A DNA stretch of 42,567 bases. It comes from a virus. Position numbers and translations under genes: made by a program. Positions 14,459 through 22,409 of this stretch are shown piece by piece; the first letter of the stretch is position 1; every line of letters begins with the position of its first letter. The stretch lies in IMG/VR virus record IMGVR_UViG_3300046516_001619, positions 1-42,567 of that record; one strand, written 5' to 3'. The notes below the pieces were generated by a model. The model was given only the letters and a program-made list of their open reading frames with translations. It was not told the origin of the DNA and made no database searches.

Positions 14459-14490
14459 AACGGCCACGCCAGAGTCGAAGCGTGGCCGTT
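14459..14490. repeat. Perfect 11-bp inverted repeat with a 10-nt spacer downstream of int (candidate attP core or terminator hairpin)
   Basis: aacggccacgc (14459..14469) - cagagtcgaa - gcgtggccgtt (14480..14490). No T-run follows (gtggatcc). Confidence 0.75.
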
Positions 14491-14527
14491 GTGGATCCAG
14501 ATCACCTGTACAGAGGAGATCCAGTCC

Positions 14528-14728
14528 ATGTCCAGTTTAGCGAACGAACTGTTCTCGTCTTTCCAGCCAGTCGGCACCGGCCGCCAGGTGGGGTGCTGGG
14601 TCAAGGACTGCACGATCCCCGCGGACTGGCTGGTCAAGTTCTCGCGGCCGGTCCTGGGCACACCCCTGATCGCGCTGTGCGACGCTCACCTGTATGCCTT
14701 TGAGACGTCGACGACGGAGTTGCTGTGA
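14528..14728 (+). CDS. Hypothetical protein (66 aa)
   Basis: ATG 14528 is preceded by gaggag. The product starts MSSLANELFSSFQPVGTGRQVGCWVKDCTIPADWLVKF...CDAHLYAF. The stop overlaps the next GTG start. Confidence 0.5.
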   Translation: MSSLANELFSSFQPVGTGRQVGCWVKDCTIPADWLVKFSRPVLGTPLIALCDAHLYAFETSTTELL

Positions 14729-15018
14729 CCCCCAACAGAAATCCAATTCCGTACTCACCCCAGCTAAAGAACATCATCCGTATTCTTGAACGACAAGGAC
14801 GCCACGGCTACAAGCACAAGTACGGGGAATTGGATCTCGTGATGGAGATTGCCAAGAAACTGCAACTCCTAGAAATACTGTTAGGAATCGCTGAAGAGCA
14901 CCGTCACTACGAGGACTATCACCGCTATGCCAAACGTATTCCGCAGAATCAGCAGAACCTCGAAATGGCAATACACGAATATGAGCACGCGTTAGCCCGC
15001 AATGGTGCAAAGCCGTGA
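14725..15018 (+). CDS. Hypothetical His/Tyr/Glu-rich protein in a low-GC islet (97 aa)
   Basis: ORF track, GTGA coupling at both ends. Two 60-nt lines counted by hand (14761.., 14821..) are 48 % and 45 % GC, well below the surrounding sequence. Confidence 0.55.
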   Translation: MTPNRNPIPYSPQLKNIIRILERQGRHGYKHKYGELDLVMEIAKKLQLLEILLGIAEEHRHYEDYHRYAKRIPQNQQNLEMAIHEYEHALARNGAKP

Positions 15019-15185
15019 CCGCGTGCCCCACCTGTGGTCACTGGTGGCTGCGGCAGCCGCGCTGGTATCAGCTCTGGTTGTGGCCCGCGTACTGGACACG
15101 CTGTCCATTCCTGGATCTCTACGAAACACGCCCGTGGCTGCTCGAGGAATCCGACTTCATGGCTGATCTGCTGGGGCACCAATGA
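15015..15185 (+). CDS. Trp-rich zinc-ribbon-like small protein (56 aa, below the ORF-track cutoff)
   Basis: Manual translation gives VTACPTCGHWWLRQPRWYQLWLWPAYWTRCPFLDLYETRPWLLEESDFMADLLGHQ. GTGA overlap upstream and ATGA overlap downstream. 9 Trp in 56 aa. Confidence 0.5.
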   Translation: MTACPTCGHWWLRQPRWYQLWLWPAYWTRCPFLDLYETRPWLLEESDFMADLLGHQ

Positions 15186-15469
15186 CTGACGTCGTGTGCA
15201 AGGACTGTGGACGCGCCGGCACCGAGACTCCCGACGATCCCGCGCCGAACCTCTGCCCGTCCTGTTACGAGAACCGACTGAAGCGGATCACGCCGCTGTT
15301 CATAGCCAAAGTCGAAGCAGTCGGGGACGATGGCGACATCACACCAGCCATCGTCTGGCTCGCGCAGGCGCTCGAGGAGATCGGTGGTGAAACTCGTGAA
15401 GCTGCCCGCCAACACGCCAACTATCTCGGGCACATGGCGTCGATCGAATCGCACCAGCAGCAGAACTAG
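15182..15469 (+). CDS. Zinc-ribbon protein (95 aa)
   Basis: N-terminal CKDCG...x15...CPSC (two CxxC pairs). ORF track. Confidence 0.55.
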   Translation: MTDVVCKDCGRAGTETPDDPAPNLCPSCYENRLKRITPLFIAKVEAVGDDGDITPAIVWLAQALEEIGGETREAARQHANYLGHMASIESHQQQN

Positions 15470-15483
15470 GAAGAGCTAATAGT

Positions 15484-15771
15484 GTGGTTATGTCGGCCAA
15501 ACTTCCCGACCCGTACGTGCGCTTCTACATCGACCATGGCGTTGAGGTAGCCACAATGTCAGCCGCCGATTTTCGCGCAGCGATGCTCGAACGCGACAAC
15601 GAGATCCAACGGTTGCGGACAGCACTCGCCAGGGGGCGGTCGCTGGTCACCGACATGGACGAACTCATGCCGTCGCAAGCAACCGAAGACGAGGACGGCT
15701 TCATCAGTTCTTACCGCATCCCGGTCGGCCCCTGGCATCGGCTGTTGGGCTGGGCGCGGGGTGCTTGGTGA
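15484..15771 (+). CDS. Hypothetical protein (95 aa)
   Basis: GTG 15484 lies 6 nt after ggaagag; ATG 15490 is the alternative. It contains MLERDNEIQRLRTALARG, a motif shared with the next two genes. Confidence 0.5.
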   Translation: MVMSAKLPDPYVRFYIDHGVEVATMSAADFRAAMLERDNEIQRLRTALARGRSLVTDMDELMPSQATEDEDGFISSYRIPVGPWHRLLGWARGAW

Positions 15772-16181
15772 CTGACAAGGAGCCACGTCTCATTAGGGGC
15801 TTGACCGCGCTGACAACCGAGGACTACCAGGCATTGCTGCGCGAGCGTGACGAACTCCGCGCCGAGGTCGAACGGCTCAAGCAAGGAGCCAAAGACATGG
15901 CCGTCCAACTCCACGACCAATACCTCGAATTGGCCGACACACTCGCGGCCGTCCGCCAGGACCACGAACGCTCAATCCAACAGCGTGACGAATTCCGCGC
16001 CGAGATCGAGCGGCTACGAGCGGTGGCTGGCGGGTTAGTACGCGATAACAGCCAATTGACACAGATGCTTGCTGATCTGCGGGCGGCGCTGACCGAGATC
16101 ACGGACCTCGAACTAGAGGGCGACGCGTCTGTTGCTGACGCCATGAGGATCGCCGACGAGGCGCTCAACCCGCCCGCTTGA
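15768..16181 (+). CDS. Coiled-coil protein (137 aa)
   Basis: GTG 15768 overlaps the upstream TGA. It carries an internal duplication: LLRERDELRAEVERLKQG and IQQRDEFRAEIERLRAVAG. Confidence 0.55.
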   Translation: MTDKEPRLIRGLTALTTEDYQALLRERDELRAEVERLKQGAKDMAVQLHDQYLELADTLAAVRQDHERSIQQRDEFRAEIERLRAVAGGLVRDNSQLTQMLADLRAALTEITDLELEGDASVADAMRIADEALNPPA

Positions 16182-16450
16182 AAGAGCTATTTGTTCCTAT
16201 GACTACCAAACCTGACCGGCTGGACGAGATCAAGAGTCGCGGCTGGTATGACCAGGGGCCGGATGACTTCGCGTGGCTCGCGGCCGAGGTCGAGCGGCTG
16301 CGGGCCGAGAACGAGTTACTTCGGGCAGTGGCTGAAACGAGCCGAACCTATGTATTCGGGCTGGTCAACACAGGTTCGAGGTACGACGCCGTCGTCGCTG
16401 CACTTGCTGCGTTGGACGCTTGGATGCTTGGTAGAGATAACAGCCCTTAG
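16178..16450 (+). CDS. Hypothetical coiled-coil protein (90 aa; alternative ATG at 16199)
   Basis: TTGA overlap with the upstream stop. It contains WLAAEVERLRAENELLRAVAE. Confidence 0.5.
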   Translation: MKELFVPMTTKPDRLDEIKSRGWYDQGPDDFAWLAAEVERLRAENELLRAVAETSRTYVFGLVNTGSRYDAVVAALAALDAWMLGRDNSP

Positions 16451-16511
16451 TTGGCTCAAGCGGGTGCCCAGGGCTGAGGTTGGGGGTTCTGTCCTCCACC
16501 AATCGTCCGGG

Positions 16512-16540
16512 CCACTCTCCGAGGAGAGGTGTCCTTTCTG
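16512..16540 (+). terminator. Weak candidate terminator at the convergence of the + block and the lysis genes
   Basis: ccactctccgaggagaggtg forms an imperfect hairpin (one bulge), followed by tcctttct. A longer-range 9-bp pairing ccagggctg (16468..16476) / cagccctgg (16550..16558) brackets it. Confidence 0.25.
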
Positions 16541-16563
16541 AAGATTCCCCAGCCCTGGACCTG

Positions 16564-16725
16564 TCAGATAAGCCTCGCCACGGCGAGTGCCGCGATCAAC
16601 GCGAACACGACGGTCTGGGTAAGCGGCACCACTCCCAGAAGTCCCAGGATGGCGATCAGGAGCACCACGATCGCGATCAGCCAGCCGATCGTGATAGCCA
16701 ACCCATTGACGGTTGTTACCTGCAT
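16564..16725 (-). CDS. Holin-like small membrane protein (53 aa, two hydrophobic helices)
   Basis: MQVTTVNGLAITIGWLIAIVVLLIAILGLLGVVPLTQTVVFALIAALAVARLI. Strong SD gaaggagga upstream. The start overlaps the upstream stop. It is the last gene of the late operon, next to the endolysin. Confidence 0.6.
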   Translation of the reverse strand: MQVTTVNGLAITIGWLIAIVVLLIAILGLLGVVPLTQTVVFALIAALAVARLI

Positions 16726-16865
16726 CAGTCCTCCTTCGGATGTTTGCGGCGAATGACTTGCCATCGCCAATGCACGATGTCGACCAGGATGGCGCCGATC
16801 ACCCCACCGACAAAGCCGGTGACTGCGGCTGGATTGTCCTGCAAGAGCAGCAGGAGAGCCTGCAC
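16725..16865 (-). CDS. Small membrane protein of the lysis cassette (46 aa; holin or antiholin candidate)
   Basis: In-frame GTG at 16865 lies immediately after the endolysin stop. The product is VQALLLLLQDNPAAVTGFVGGVIGAILVDIVHWRWQVIRRKHPKED: one TM helix and a basic tail. Confidence 0.5.
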   Translation of the reverse strand: MQALLLLLQDNPAAVTGFVGGVIGAILVDIVHWRWQVIRRKHPKED

Positions 16866-16866
16866 A

Positions 16867-17310
16867 TCACACCAGCCAGACGACGCTGAAGCCGCCCAGG
16901 CGGTCGAAGTCCCAACGGCTGAGCGTGGAGTAGATACCTTTGTATCCTTCAGCCGAATTCGCGATCCAGAGGTTGCTGCCCTGGACGCCGCGCACGGAGA
17001 CCCAGTGGTACCAGGCGGCACCGCTCATCATGGCTGGCGTACCGCTCTCCGCCAGCAGGTACACCTCATCGAAGTTGAGATGGCCCTGGTTGCTATCCTG
17101 GCCGTAGTCGCTGAGCACCCGTTGCATCTGCGCGCCGGTGCCGTCCATCAAGCCGTAGACGGCGTTGATCGCCTCGGGGTAGCCGATCTCGTACACCGTG
17201 GTCTCGCGACTGGCGTAGATGTCGTCTGGTGGCGAGATCAGCCCGGTGGCCCGCTTGATCCACTCCAGGCTGCACGCCGAGCACGTCCAGTCGTACAGCT
17301 GGCCAGGCAT
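16867..17310 (-). CDS. Putative endolysin: papain-like / C39-like cysteine peptidase
   Basis: N-terminal candidate catalytic Cys in QLYDWTCSACSLEWI and downstream His in GAAWYHWVSVRG. 147 aa, directly upstream of two small membrane proteins. Confidence 0.55.
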   Translation of the reverse strand: MPGQLYDWTCSACSLEWIKRATGLISPPDDIYASRETTVYEIGYPEAINAVYGLMDGTGAQMQRVLSDYGQDSNQGHLNFDEVYLLAESGTPAMMSGAAWYHWVSVRGVQGSNLWIANSAEGYKGIYSTLSRWDFDRLGGFSVVWLV

Positions 17311-17350
17311 GCTCGTCCACGGGTCGAACGGCGCAACCAGCGGCTCCTCA

Positions 17351-17536
17351 TCACCGAAAGGGACACCGTTTTACGGCATTCTCACTTTCGTAGTACCAGT
17401 ACTGGGCATCCCTGGCCAGCGTCAGGCTTATCCGGTTGCCCTCGTCCATTACCAGATAGCGCTCGTCGGAGCGAGCCTCATCCGAATTGTCGGCAATCGC
17501 CTGTGCCACCCCGGGACCGACGCTGTAGTCAGTCAT
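17351..17536 (-). CDS. Hypothetical protein (61 aa)
   Basis: ORF track. ATGA overlap with the upstream gene. Confidence 0.45.
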   Translation of the reverse strand: MTDYSVGPGVAQAIADNSDEARSDERYLVMDEGNRISLTLARDAQYWYYESENAVKRCPFR

Positions 17537-17937
17537 GCTCTGGCCTCCATGGCCGCCATCGCGGCATCGTCCAGGACCCAGCGCTCCTCACCGTCAGTGG
17601 CGATCACGCGCTCCTTGACCTCTGCGGCCGCGTCTTGGACAGTCTTCGACGCGGCGCGTCCTGCCGCTCCCTCTGGAGGTCGCATGGCCAGTTGGACGTG
17701 CAGCATCTGGCCGTACAGCGCGTCGGCACCGCCACCCGGTGGCCAGGACGATACGGAGCCGCAGCCGGGGAACGGGCACGGCACGTGGATCACCATCTCG
17801 TTGTCGGTGCCGTCCATGTTCGTGCCGTAGGTGACCGTGGCGGGGTCGAGCGTGCCGCCGTGACTGCCACCGGGGGCGTCGGCATGAACGTACTCCCATG
17901 CTGCGGGATCATCGAAGGAAGTGACTTTGACACTCAT
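17533..17937 (-). CDS. Hypothetical protein (134 aa)
   Basis: ORF track. It lies between the tail-fibre gene and the lysis cassette. Confidence 0.5.
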   Translation of the reverse strand: MSVKVTSFDDPAAWEYVHADAPGGSHGGTLDPATVTYGTNMDGTDNEMVIHVPCPFPGCGSVSSWPPGGGADALYGQMLHVQLAMRPPEGAAGRAASKTVQDAAAEVKERVIATDGEERWVLDDAAMAAMEARA

Positions 17938-17947
17938 GGCTTCTTTC

Positions 17948-19063
17948 CTACGGGTTCGATTCCAGCGTCACATTTTGACCGGCAGCGTTCGGAGCAACGT
18001 TAGCGGCTCCCGCTGCTACGGTCGTTGTCGTCAGCACATACGATCCATTTGCGGGTGTTCCGTAGATAGCAGGTTGCCCGCAATTCGACACCGCCCACGT
18101 CCCATTCTTGGTCACCGTAGGTGCCACGGCTTTCTGTGTGTATCGGTAGGTGCTGTAGAAACCTTGCCCGGCGCCACTTCCGTAGCCTGCGAGCATAAAG
18201 TTGTAGCTACCGTCACCTTGGACCTCGTAGTACCTCAGGCATCTCGCCATGTCGTCCGCTGGGTGCAGCGGCGCGTAGTCGGCGTACTGCGAGCCCACCA
18301 CCAGCATGGCGTTGTCGATATAGGCCGTGCAGGATAGCGAGTAGAGAATGTAGATCCGCACGAAGGTCGCATCGGCTGGAACGACGAAGCCCGCAGCGGT
18401 GAGTGTCTGATATCCGCCCGCGGTGTTGGCGGACGAATTGACGCTGGCCACTCCAGTGCCGTCACCTGTCAGCGTGAGTACACATGTACTAGCCGTGGTG
18501 CTTTTGACGCGCACGCTCGCGCTTAGGGTCTTCCCGCGCAATTGATGGGGATCAGCAATCTTGAGATCTTGAAACACCCCTGACTGCCCCGAGCCATGCG
18601 TGTACGTCAATGCCGCGCAGGCAACGGAGCCCGTGTCCTGATTGGTGGTGTCTTTACTGATGGAAATCGAATCACCACTTCCGACCAGGAGATCCCATCG
18701 ATCAGCAAGATGGACACCGTTTGCCGTAAACGGCCCATTGCCGCGCTGCCAGATCTCGAACCCGCCGTTGACCAACAAGGAAGCCCTGGCCGTGTCGGAG
18801 CCGAGCTTGGCGTTAGTGACCGAGGCGTTGGCCAGGTCGGCCGTGGCTATCGTGCCGTCGGCGATCTGAGCCGAGGTGATGGACCCCGCCGGGATAGACA
18901 GTGGCCCACCCTGGTGCGCTCCCCCGTGGGTATGCCCGGTGATGTTGTTGAACAGGCCATCCACCGTGCGCAGCGAGTTGGCCAGGCTAAGCGTCAGATA
19001 GTCGGCATTGTCATCCGAATCCACCGCTGTGGCGAGATTGAGCTCCGTTGTGGCACCCGACAT
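17948..19063 (-). CDS. Tail fibre / receptor-binding protein
   Basis: The N-terminal LNLATAVDSDDNADYLTLSLANSLRTVDGLFNNITGHTHGGAHQGGPL, followed by ITSAQIADGTIATADLANASVTNAKLG, is a motif set common in phage tail-fibre N-termini. The rest is Gly/Thr/Ser-rich and beta-rich. Confidence 0.6.
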   Translation of the reverse strand: MSGATTELNLATAVDSDDNADYLTLSLANSLRTVDGLFNNITGHTHGGAHQGGPLSIPAGSITSAQIADGTIATADLANASVTNAKLGSDTARASLLVNGGFEIWQRGNGPFTANGVHLADRWDLLVGSGDSISISKDTTNQDTGSVACAALTYTHGSGQSGVFQDLKIADPHQLRGKTLSASVRVKSTTASTCVLTLTGDGTGVASVNSSANTAGGYQTLTAAGFVVPADATFVRIYILYSLSCTAYIDNAMLVVGSQYADYAPLHPADDMARCLRYYEVQGDGSYNFMLAGYGSGAGQGFYSTYRYTQKAVAPTVTKNGTWAVSNCGQPAIYGTPANGSYVLTTTTVAAGAANVAPNAAGQNVTLESNP

Positions 19064-19079
19064 TCAGTCGTCCTCCTCT

Positions 19080-21221
19080 TTAGAGAAAACGCAATTGCGA
19101 AATGGGATAGCCGCGCAGGTCGCCGATGCGCGTACCGCGCGTACGGCCAATGATGCCCAGCGTTTCGATGATGCCGAACTGGGTCGCGTTGACGTCGAGC
19201 GCCCACGCCTGGCCACCGAACGCCGAATGCGGCACCATGCGCTCGGTGTAGTCAAACAGGGCCACGTTGAGCACCGTCTCGTCGGGAAACTCGAGCGCAA
19301 TCGTGGCCGGTGCCGCGGCTGCTTGCATGACCAGGTCGCGCAGGGAGCGACCGTTCTGGCGGATGCTCGCCCCGTCACGTCGCGCGACGTAGTCCTGGGC
19401 TGCCACCGTGAACGTGAAATCACGCCTGAACTGGGGCACCAGTCGCTCGTGCAACCCGACCCCCTCGAGAATGGGCGTGCTGGCCGTGTCCGACGAATTC
19501 AACGTGATCTTCAGCTCGAGGGCATTGCCCGCGATCGACTGACCCAGGTCCTGTCGCTGCCCGTTGAACGTGAACGGGTTCGGCCAGTCGAGAAAGTCGC
19601 TGGTCGGCGGCGCCGTGGCTGGTGGCATACCGGCTGAGCCGCGCAAGCGATAGCTCATGGTGACGTCGGCACCCTGCGGGAACCACGGGCCGAAGACACT
19701 GGCCCCGACGTACTGCTTGTTGTCGGCCTGGAACATGGCGTGGTGCAGCGGAGCAACGATGACGCTCGGGCCGACCGTGAACTCGGCCCCGCTGCCTGGC
19801 GTGAGCGGAAACGGCACGAGTTTGATCCAGTCGTAGCCGCCGTCGGCGAAGCCAACGTACAGACGCGCGTCGCTGGGAATGTTGGATACCCACAGTGCGG
19901 TGGCCTTGCGGCCGGTCCAGTGCGCGATGGCGCCGTCCCACTGGTTAGCAAAGGTGTAGTTGGTGCCCGTGTCGCCCTGGGCCGGTTCCCAGTTACCGTA
20001 CGTCAGCAGGTAGCTGGTGGTATTCGAGGCGTTGTAGATCACGCCGAAGGCCATCTGGCTGTTCCAACCGTCGAAGGCCTGGACCGGGCCTTTGACCTCG
20101 CTGATGTTCGACAGCGCGCGGCCCGGTCCTTCTGAGGTCAGGACCGCGCCACCCTGCATGTCCAGTCGCCAGAAGGCACGGTCAGTCCTGAACCACAGGC
20201 TGCCCTGCCAGGCAGCTGCAGTACGGCAGTTGTCCGGATCGACGGTGCTCTGCAAGCCCGGGAACAGGTCGTTGTCGGAGCCGTCACCGTTGATCGTGAA
20301 CACGTTGCCGTTGGCTTTGAAGATGCACAGACGATTGGTGGTCTGACGAATCGCCGTGATCGGGATGGACGGGTTGCCGACCAGGATCGGCCCACTCCAC
20401 GAGCCCGCGACCTTGGGGTCGTTGGTGCATTTGCGCAGGATGCAGTTGACCGAGTCGGCCGCCCACAGCTCGTCGCCGACGATCTCGAGCAGGTTCGGCA
20501 GAAACCCGGCAGGTAAGGCACACGCGGTGGTGACGCCCGCGGCGCGCTCCTGCAGGACGCCGTCGTCCCAGGCCACGTACAGCGCGTCCACCGCGCCGGC
20601 GTAGGCGCCCTTGAAGCGGACCGCGTCGGTGGCGAGGTGACCGGCGCGGTTGATCGCCACGGCCTGCCCCGTGTTAGTGTCGTCGTTGCGCACCAGCACA
20701 TACGCGCCGGCCAGGACGAACACGGCCAGCTGGCCCGAGGCATTCAGCGCCTCGACGAATCGGCGGACCGAACCGGTGCTGGGCGGTACGATCGGATGCA
20801 ATAGCGGTCCTTGACCGAACAGGCCGCCGGTCACCCAGCAGTCGAGAGCGTAGTGGTAGCGGTGATCGGTATTCGAGCTCTGGATGCTTTCGCCCATGCC
20901 GCCGGTCGGCCGGAACATGAACGTCCTTTCCTTATAGATGGGCGCGGAATCGTAGTCCTGAGCTGGTGGAAAATAGGGATCGACCGGCTTCTGCTTCTTG
21001 CCGACGAGCAGGCCGTTCTGGCCAGGAATGAGCATCAATCCCTGACGGAACAGCGAATGTGGGTTGGGCTGACGCAATTGACCGATCAGCTTCGGACGCA
21101 ACGAGCCGATGGTGTGCGGACGGTAATCGCCAATCGTGTGCGGTCCAACGACTGGCAGGTCCTGGAGCGCCAGGCGCATGTCCCACGGCCACGGACGTCT
21201 GCGGCTACTGAGGGTAGGCAT
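19080..21221 (-). CDS. Large tail / baseplate-like structural protein (713 aa)
   Basis: Size and position between tail genes. Beta-rich composition. No motif recognised. Confidence 0.45.
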   Translation of the reverse strand: MPTLSSRRRPWPWDMRLALQDLPVVGPHTIGDYRPHTIGSLRPKLIGQLRQPNPHSLFRQGLMLIPGQNGLLVGKKQKPVDPYFPPAQDYDSAPIYKERTFMFRPTGGMGESIQSSNTDHRYHYALDCWVTGGLFGQGPLLHPIVPPSTGSVRRFVEALNASGQLAVFVLAGAYVLVRNDDTNTGQAVAINRAGHLATDAVRFKGAYAGAVDALYVAWDDGVLQERAAGVTTACALPAGFLPNLLEIVGDELWAADSVNCILRKCTNDPKVAGSWSGPILVGNPSIPITAIRQTTNRLCIFKANGNVFTINGDGSDNDLFPGLQSTVDPDNCRTAAAWQGSLWFRTDRAFWRLDMQGGAVLTSEGPGRALSNISEVKGPVQAFDGWNSQMAFGVIYNASNTTSYLLTYGNWEPAQGDTGTNYTFANQWDGAIAHWTGRKATALWVSNIPSDARLYVGFADGGYDWIKLVPFPLTPGSGAEFTVGPSVIVAPLHHAMFQADNKQYVGASVFGPWFPQGADVTMSYRLRGSAGMPPATAPPTSDFLDWPNPFTFNGQRQDLGQSIAGNALELKITLNSSDTASTPILEGVGLHERLVPQFRRDFTFTVAAQDYVARRDGASIRQNGRSLRDLVMQAAAAPATIALEFPDETVLNVALFDYTERMVPHSAFGGQAWALDVNATQFGIIETLGIIGRTRGTRIGDLRGYPISQLRFL

Positions 21222-21224
21222 GGT

Positions 21225-22409
21225 CTACCGATTGACCCACGTTCTGGCGTGACCCCAGCGCATGGCCGTGGGCCGCAATCCATGCGTGCTGCGGAACCCG
21301 ATCGTGGTCGGTCGACGCGGCCCGTACAGGTTGGCCTGGCGACTGAATTCCTGCGCGGCCATCTGCTGGGTGGCCTGCGTTCCCCCAGCCGCGGCCGCCA
21401 CCATGCGCGCGGGGAAACGATGCCACGCTTCGATGTGGCCGGCCGCCGCGGCATAGTCGACATCGACGTCGAGCAGGTCGCCGTCGTTGGTCGGACCCGT
21501 CAACGACTCTGCTCCGTTGACCCAGGACGACGCCGGTCGCCAGGCGCTGACCCACACCGAAACGGGCGCGGTCCAGTAGCCAGCACCCATCAGCCACACG
21601 TGACCACCCTGGCTCACGGCCTCGGACGGAGCGTCGCCACAGGGTTGCACCCAGCCGTACTGCACGCGGTCGACCTGCCACGGCTCGATCAGCCAGGGGT
21701 ACTGAGCCGTCAGGTCAACCCCACCGTAGGGTGCCGTCGATTGAGCCTGCACGAGGTCTGGAACGAAGCACCGCCGCAGACCGGCCATGACCGCCACGCG
21801 CAACTGCTGCTCCGGGTCGAAGTGGTGGAACTCGAAGACTTCACCAGGGACGGGAATGGTGCCCCAGGCGCGATCGGGATAGACCCGTCCCATCTCGGGA
21901 TCGTAATTGGCCACCAGCGCTTGCCGATCGACAACATCCAGCACGACCGGCACTCCATCCCGCGTTACCCCGCGGCGCAGAAGCCACAGGTTCGTAACGG
22001 TATCGAGGTCGATGGTCGAGCGCAGTTGTGGCAGGTTGGCGAACGTGAACTGCGCCGTGTTGGGGACCTGGCGATCGGTAAACGCCGACAGGTACGGACC
22101 AACCCGCCGCGCAACTTCCTGCTCGAGCTCGGCCAGGGTACAGCCCGTATGTGGCGGGGCCGTGACTGGCCACGCGGCAGAGTAGGGAGCAAACGTTCCG
22201 TCGCTGGCATAGCGTGTCGTGCGGTACCAGTCCGTCGGCGCCCCGGCCGTATCGACGTAGGCATAGCTCGTCTGGTCCGTCACGTACGGCAGCTGCACGA
22301 CCAGGACGAACGCCCCGGTCTGGGTTGGCGCCCGTTCGAGCTGAATGCCCACGTAGGTCACCATCATGACGTTGACCTGCGGCTCGTTGAGCGTAATGGC
22401 GTTCGACAT
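21225..22409 (-). CDS. Tail-associated structural protein (394 aa)
   Basis: ATG 22409 (MSNAITLNEPQV...) overlaps the stop of the upstream gene by 1 nt. The ORF-track extension to 22598 overlaps that gene's repeat region and is an alternative-frame artefact. Confidence 0.5.
   Translation of the reverse strand: MSNAITLNEPQVNVMMVTYVGIQLERAPTQTGAFVLVVQLPYVTDQTSYAYVDTAGAPTDWYRTTRYASDGTFAPYSAAWPVTAPPHTGCTLAELEQEVARRVGPYLSAFTDRQVPNTAQFTFANLPQLRSTIDLDTVTNLWLLRRGVTRDGVPVVLDVVDRQALVANYDPEMGRVYPDRAWGTIPVPGEVFEFHHFDPEQQLRVAVMAGLRRCFVPDLVQAQSTAPYGGVDLTAQYPWLIEPWQVDRVQYGWVQPCGDAPSEAVSQGGHVWLMGAGYWTAPVSVWVSAWRPASSWVNGAESLTGPTNDGDLLDVDVDYAAAAGHIEAWHRFPARMVAAAAGGTQATQQMAAQEFSRQANLYGPRRPTTIGFRSTHGLRPTAMRWGHARTWVNR

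Noticed and set aside
17941-17970. tRNA-like T-loop strings: gggttcgattcc near 17951 and gggttcaagatgccc near 11885
   Set aside because: The flanking bases cannot form a T-stem or an acceptor stem. The first lies at the 3' end of the tail-fibre gene. No cloverleaf could be drawn.
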